In this document: positions 60,927 through 64,000 of the stretch, one piece after another
Position numbering within the stretch: position 1 is the stretch's first letter
Layout of the letters: each line of letters begins with the position of its first letter
NCBI GenBank assembly: GCA_965214745.1
Contig: OZ243978.1
Location: 2,807,554-2,871,553, forward strand
Origin: Dehalococcoidia bacterium
GTDB lineage: Bacteria > Chloroflexota > Dehalococcoidia > Lucifugimonadales > UBA1123
DNA length: 64,000 bases
Direction: 5' to 3'
The notes under the pieces: generated by a model
Told to the model about the DNA's origin: nothing
Databases searched by the model: none
What the model saw: only the letters and a program-made list of their open reading frames with translations
Position numbers and translations under genes: made by a program

Positions 60927-61682
60927 ATGTTTCCTATCTTCCTGCTTACACTGAGGCAGATAGCCGGCGGGCGACGGCTTGCGATAGTCGGATTGCTGAC
61001 GGCTCTGCCCGTCGCGCTCGCGCTCGTCTTGCGGCTGACGGATAGCGTGGAAGCTCCGCCGGGGGCATCGTATCCGCCGGGGGCATCGTATTCTAAGGAT
61101 TTCGTCGACGGCTTCATCAGCGGGCTTCTGGCGAGCGTCATGCTGCCGATAACGACGCTTGCGCTGGCGACTCCCGCGTTCGGCGGCGAGCTGGAAGACC
61201 GAACGCTGAGCTATCTCACGCTGAAGCCGATAGCGCGCTGGCGGATAGCGCTCCCCAAGCTAGCCGCCCCTATGCTGGCAGCTGCGCCGTTCGCGACGGT
61301 GAGCGGGATGCTGTCTTGCGCCATCGCGCTGGAGCCGTCGCCGAGCCTGATGTTGTCGGTGGGCGCATCGCTGCTAGTCGGCGTCGTGGCGTACTCCGCC
61401 ATCTTCGGCTGGGCGGGGATCATGACATCGCGCGCGCTGGCGGCGGGCGTGGTGTACGTGTTCGTGTGGGAAGCCGCTATCGGCTCGCTGCTGGAGGGCG
61501 CGGGCTACCTGAGCGTGCGGGGATACACGCTGGCGATAATGCGAGCGCTGGACGCCGAAGGCTTGTCCGCGCTCGGCGAGCAGACGATAGAGCTTCCGGC
61601 GGCGGTCGTCGGGGCGGCTGTGGCGACAGTCGCATTCTTCGCGCTCACGGTCTGGAGACTGAAGCGGATGGACGTTCCATAG
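60927..61682 (+). CDS. ABC-2-type transporter permease (putative)
   Basis: Multi-TM. Starts 1 nt after the ATPase stop. Confidence 0.6.
   Translation: MFPIFLLTLRQIAGGRRLAIVGLLTALPVALALVLRLTDSVEAPPGASYPPGASYSKDFVDGFISGLLASVMLPITTLALATPAFGGELEDRTLSYLTLKPIARWRIALPKLAAPMLAAAPFATVSGMLSCAIALEPSPSLMLSVGASLLVGVVAYSAIFGWAGIMTSRALAAGVVYVFVWEAAIGSLLEGAGYLSVRGYTLAIMRALDAEGLSALGEQTIELPAAVVGAAVATVAFFALTVWRLKRMDVP
61055..61090 (+). repeat. Perfect 18-bp tandem duplication within the permease gene
   Basis: CCGCCGGGGGCATCGTAT x2, encoding PPGASY twice. Confidence 0.9.
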
Positions 61683-61713
61683 GCTTGCGCGGCGCGCTTC
61701 TTGCCGCGCTCTA

Positions 61714-62100
61714 TTAGATGCGCTTCAGAACCCGCTCGACGAAATCGTAGACCATCGGCTTCCCCATCTCGAGCTCCCAGTCTTCCATTTCGTATCGCTC
61801 TCGTATCCGGCTGAATCGCAGGGGAACGATGTATTGGGCAGCCATGAGATGGTCATCCCGTTCGCTTGCAAGACGCCGTACCGCAAGCCAGAGCGCTCGC
61901 CTGCCTTCATACTCCCAGCCGCGCCGTTTGGCTGCCTCGGCGACCACGTATGCGGACGCCTCCCACAGCTTCCGAGAGCCGCGAACTAGGTCGTCGTTGG
62001 CGAATTCCCGCTCGGCTTCCGAAAGAATTTCGTGAACGGCTTGCGCGTGTTCCTCTAGCCTGAACTCGCGCGCCGTCAGCATGTGACCGCGCGGCGTCAC
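61714..62100 (-). CDS. PaREP1-like helical protein (HEPN-related fold; tentative)
   Basis: RGSRKLWEASAYVVAEAAKRRGWEYEGRRALWLAVRRLASE resembles the PaREP1 core (EK.W.A...A.KA.A...GW...SH..L). The GTG 62100 start overlaps the fba stop (GTGA). ATG 62082 is an alternative start. Confidence 0.4.
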   Translation of the reverse strand: MTPRGHMLTAREFRLEEHAQAVHEILSEAEREFANDDLVRGSRKLWEASAYVVAEAAKRRGWEYEGRRALWLAVRRLASERDDHLMAAQYIVPLRFSRIRERYEMEDWELEMGKPMVYDFVERVLKRI

Positions 62101-63107
62101 GCGCTATACGCGCCCTGCCGCGCCGCGCTGGTTAGCTCGGCGCGGCGGCGGAACGCGGCTTGCGCTACGGGGACGTTCTCCGCCTTGCCCGCCCAGATAG
62201 CGAGCGGCGCGGACTGCAACCCGCGCGCGAACGAGAAGCTGAGTTGCCACGGCGCGCCCGCCTCCCGACCGCGCAAGACTATCGCGTTCAGGTTCGCGGT
62301 GGATTCGGCGTCGCTCTGTCCGCCCGATAGGAACACTATGCCGGGAACGGCGGCGGGGACGGAGCGCATCAGGCAGCTCACGGTCGCCGCCGCCACTTCC
62401 CCGCTTCCGGCGCGCTCGGCGGCGTCTCTGCCGGACACCACCATGTTGGGCTTCAGCAGCGTTCCTTCCAGCAAGACGCGCTGGATAGCCAGCTGATCGT
62501 ACACCGCTCTCAGCGTTTGCGCAGTAACCTCGCCGCAGCGCTCTATGGAGTAGTCGCCGTCGAGCATGACCTCCGGCTCGACTATGGGAACCAGCCCCGC
62601 CTCCTGCGCGAGCGCGGCGTATCTGCCGAGCGCGTGCGCGTTCGCCTCGATGCAGTATCGGCTGGGCATGTGTTCGCCTATGGAGATGACGGCGCGCCAC
62701 TTGGCGAACCGCGCGCCCAGCGAGCGATACTCGGCGAGCCTATCTCGCAGCCCGTCCAGCCCCTCGGTCACCATCTCGCCGGGCGCGTCCGCCAGCGGAT
62801 TGGCGCCGGTGTCCACCTTGATGCCCGGCAGGATGCCGCGCGACGTGAGCGCGTCCACCAGCGGCTCGCCGTTCGCGCCGCGCTGCCTGAGCGTCTCATC
62901 GTAGAGGATGACGCCGCTGATGCAGTCCTCGACGCCCTCCGAAGAGATCAGCATCTCGCGGTAGTCGCGTCGGTTGGCTTCCGTGTTGTCCACCCCCGCC
63001 GAATCGAAGCGGACGCCTATGGTTCGGTTGCTCTCGTCCGCCGCCAGTATGCCCTTGCGCGGAGCGACCAGCGCGTTCGCGGTGTCTATCAGAGAGCCAG
63101 CGTCCAT
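62097..63107 (-). CDS. fba: Class I fructose-bisphosphate aldolase
   Basis: GILAADESNRTIGVRF, LEGTLLKPNMV (Schiff-base Lys region), FLSGGQS. Confidence 0.9.
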   Translation of the reverse strand: MDAGSLIDTANALVAPRKGILAADESNRTIGVRFDSAGVDNTEANRRDYREMLISSEGVEDCISGVILYDETLRQRGANGEPLVDALTSRGILPGIKVDTGANPLADAPGEMVTEGLDGLRDRLAEYRSLGARFAKWRAVISIGEHMPSRYCIEANAHALGRYAALAQEAGLVPIVEPEVMLDGDYSIERCGEVTAQTLRAVYDQLAIQRVLLEGTLLKPNMVVSGRDAAERAGSGEVAAATVSCLMRSVPAAVPGIVFLSGGQSDAESTANLNAIVLRGREAGAPWQLSFSFARGLQSAPLAIWAGKAENVPVAQAAFRRRAELTSAARQGAYSA

Positions 63108-63139
63108 GTCGATTCACCTCTACAGCGGTTCGATTGCGT

Positions 63140-64000
63140 CTAAAGCGAGCCTGCCAGATCGACGACTCCGCCGTATCGTTCGACGAACTCTCCGGGAGAC
63201 ATTCGGGCGGCGGCGGACATGCCGGCGAGCATGTCATCGTCGGCGAGATCCGACTTCTCCAGCCGAATCATGTACCCTCGCGCGGCGCGATATGCGTCGC
63301 CGTCGATGTCTACGCGACGCACGCGGGTTCTGCCTGTGACCGGATCGCGCATCCGCTCGAACGGCAGCGCTCTTATGTGTCCGTCAACGATACAGATCAT
63401 GCCGCTCTCGTCGTTCGGGCTGCCGTCCAGACCGCTCAGCAGGAAGCGCGCCGCGCCGTATCCTAGGCTGCGCGTGTAGTCTATATCGAACGGTATAGGC
63501 GGGCTGGAGCGCAATTCGTATCCGACGTTCGCCTCGATTATCGCCATGTCGTCGCCGCGTTCCGCGAACCTGCGCTCCATCTCGCGCCTGAGCGCCTTTT
63601 CGAGCTGGATGTCCGCGAGCCGCAGGTGGCCATGCTGATCCCTGGACACCTCCGCGCCGGGGATGTTCGCAAGCTCTTCGGGGTCGAACTTCTCCGCGAC
63701 GCCCTCGGCGACGACCGCCAGACCGCGCGGCTTGCCCATCGCGCGCCGCTTGAAGATAGCCGTTTCCAGCACATCGCACACGTCGCGCATGCTGATGCGG
63801 TCGTCCGGAAACTCCTCAGGGATGATAGTGAGCGTAGCGGCGGCGGCTTTGCCTATACCGAGCGCGAGATGGCCTGCGGCGCGCCCCATGGCGGTGACGA
63901 AGTACCAGCGGTTCGTCGCGCGCGAGTCGTCTATCAGGTTGCGGACAAGCTCCGTGCCGACGTGTCTCGCGGTCTCGTATCCGAAGGTGGGCATTCCGCC
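63140..64000 (-). CDS. 6-phosphofructokinase (ATP- or PPi-dependent), N-terminus outside window
   Basis: TFGYETA..., VTAMGRAAGHLALG and subsequent PFK-family sequence. The frame stays open to the window edge. Confidence 0.85.
   Translation of the reverse strand, partial: GGMPTFGYETARHVGTELVRNLIDDSRATNRWYFVTAMGRAAGHLALGIGKAAAATLTIIPEEFPDDRISMRDVCDVLETAIFKRRAMGKPRGLAVVAEGVAEKFDPEELANIPGAEVSRDQHGHLRLADIQLEKALRREMERRFAERGDDMAIIEANVGYELRSSPPIPFDIDYTRSLGYGAARFLLSGLDGSPNDESGMICIVDGHIRALPFERMRDPVTGRTRVRRVDIDGDAYRAARGYMIRLEKSDLADDDMLAGMSAAARMSPGEFVERYGGVVDLAGSL

Overview
This is a 64-kb, roughly 65% GC bacterial chromosomal segment. It carries about 60 protein genes and one tRNA-Ser(GCU). I found no rRNA, CRISPR array, transposase or integrase. 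The acyl-CoA and amide catabolic paralogues (three amidases, two CoA-transferases, two enoyl-CoA hydratases, an acyl-CoA dehydrogenase, a hotdog thioesterase) plus Uma2 nucleases resemble marine Chloroflexota such as SAR202, but that is inference only. Housekeeping blocks are glyA-hpf, tRNA-Ser-thrC...lysA, fmt-DUF192-mutS2, nusA-ylxR-infB-rbfA-truB and pfk-fba.

Small lower-GC islets (about 40-55% GC) between these blocks carry defence- or toxin-like genes: a Fic protein, a split HTH-ImmA/IrrE gene, an orphan ORF with a near-consensus promoter, and a Swt1-like HEPN protein with a small partner ORF.

Main observations:
1. Four near-identical Uma2/DUF820 nuclease genes lie in tandem (31.36-35.1 kb). 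Their coiled-coil tails differ in length by whole heptads.
2. A two-domain rhodanese has an in-frame TGA exactly at the catalytic Cys position, followed by a SECIS-like hairpin. This is a candidate selenoprotein.
3. A compositionally foreign HEPN plus small-ORF cassette is wedged between an amidase gene and a CoA-transferase gene.
4. A dispersed GGAT-phased intergenic repeat family occurs in at least 13 spacers. Inverted pairs of it form terminator-like hairpins.
5. The nusA leader has an extended -10 promoter, a 14-codon uORF and an intrinsic-terminator-like hairpin. The NusA tail contains a perfect 75-bp tandem duplication.

Many very long Arg/Ala/Pro-rich ORFs in the six-frame track are GC-driven shadow frames and were not called.
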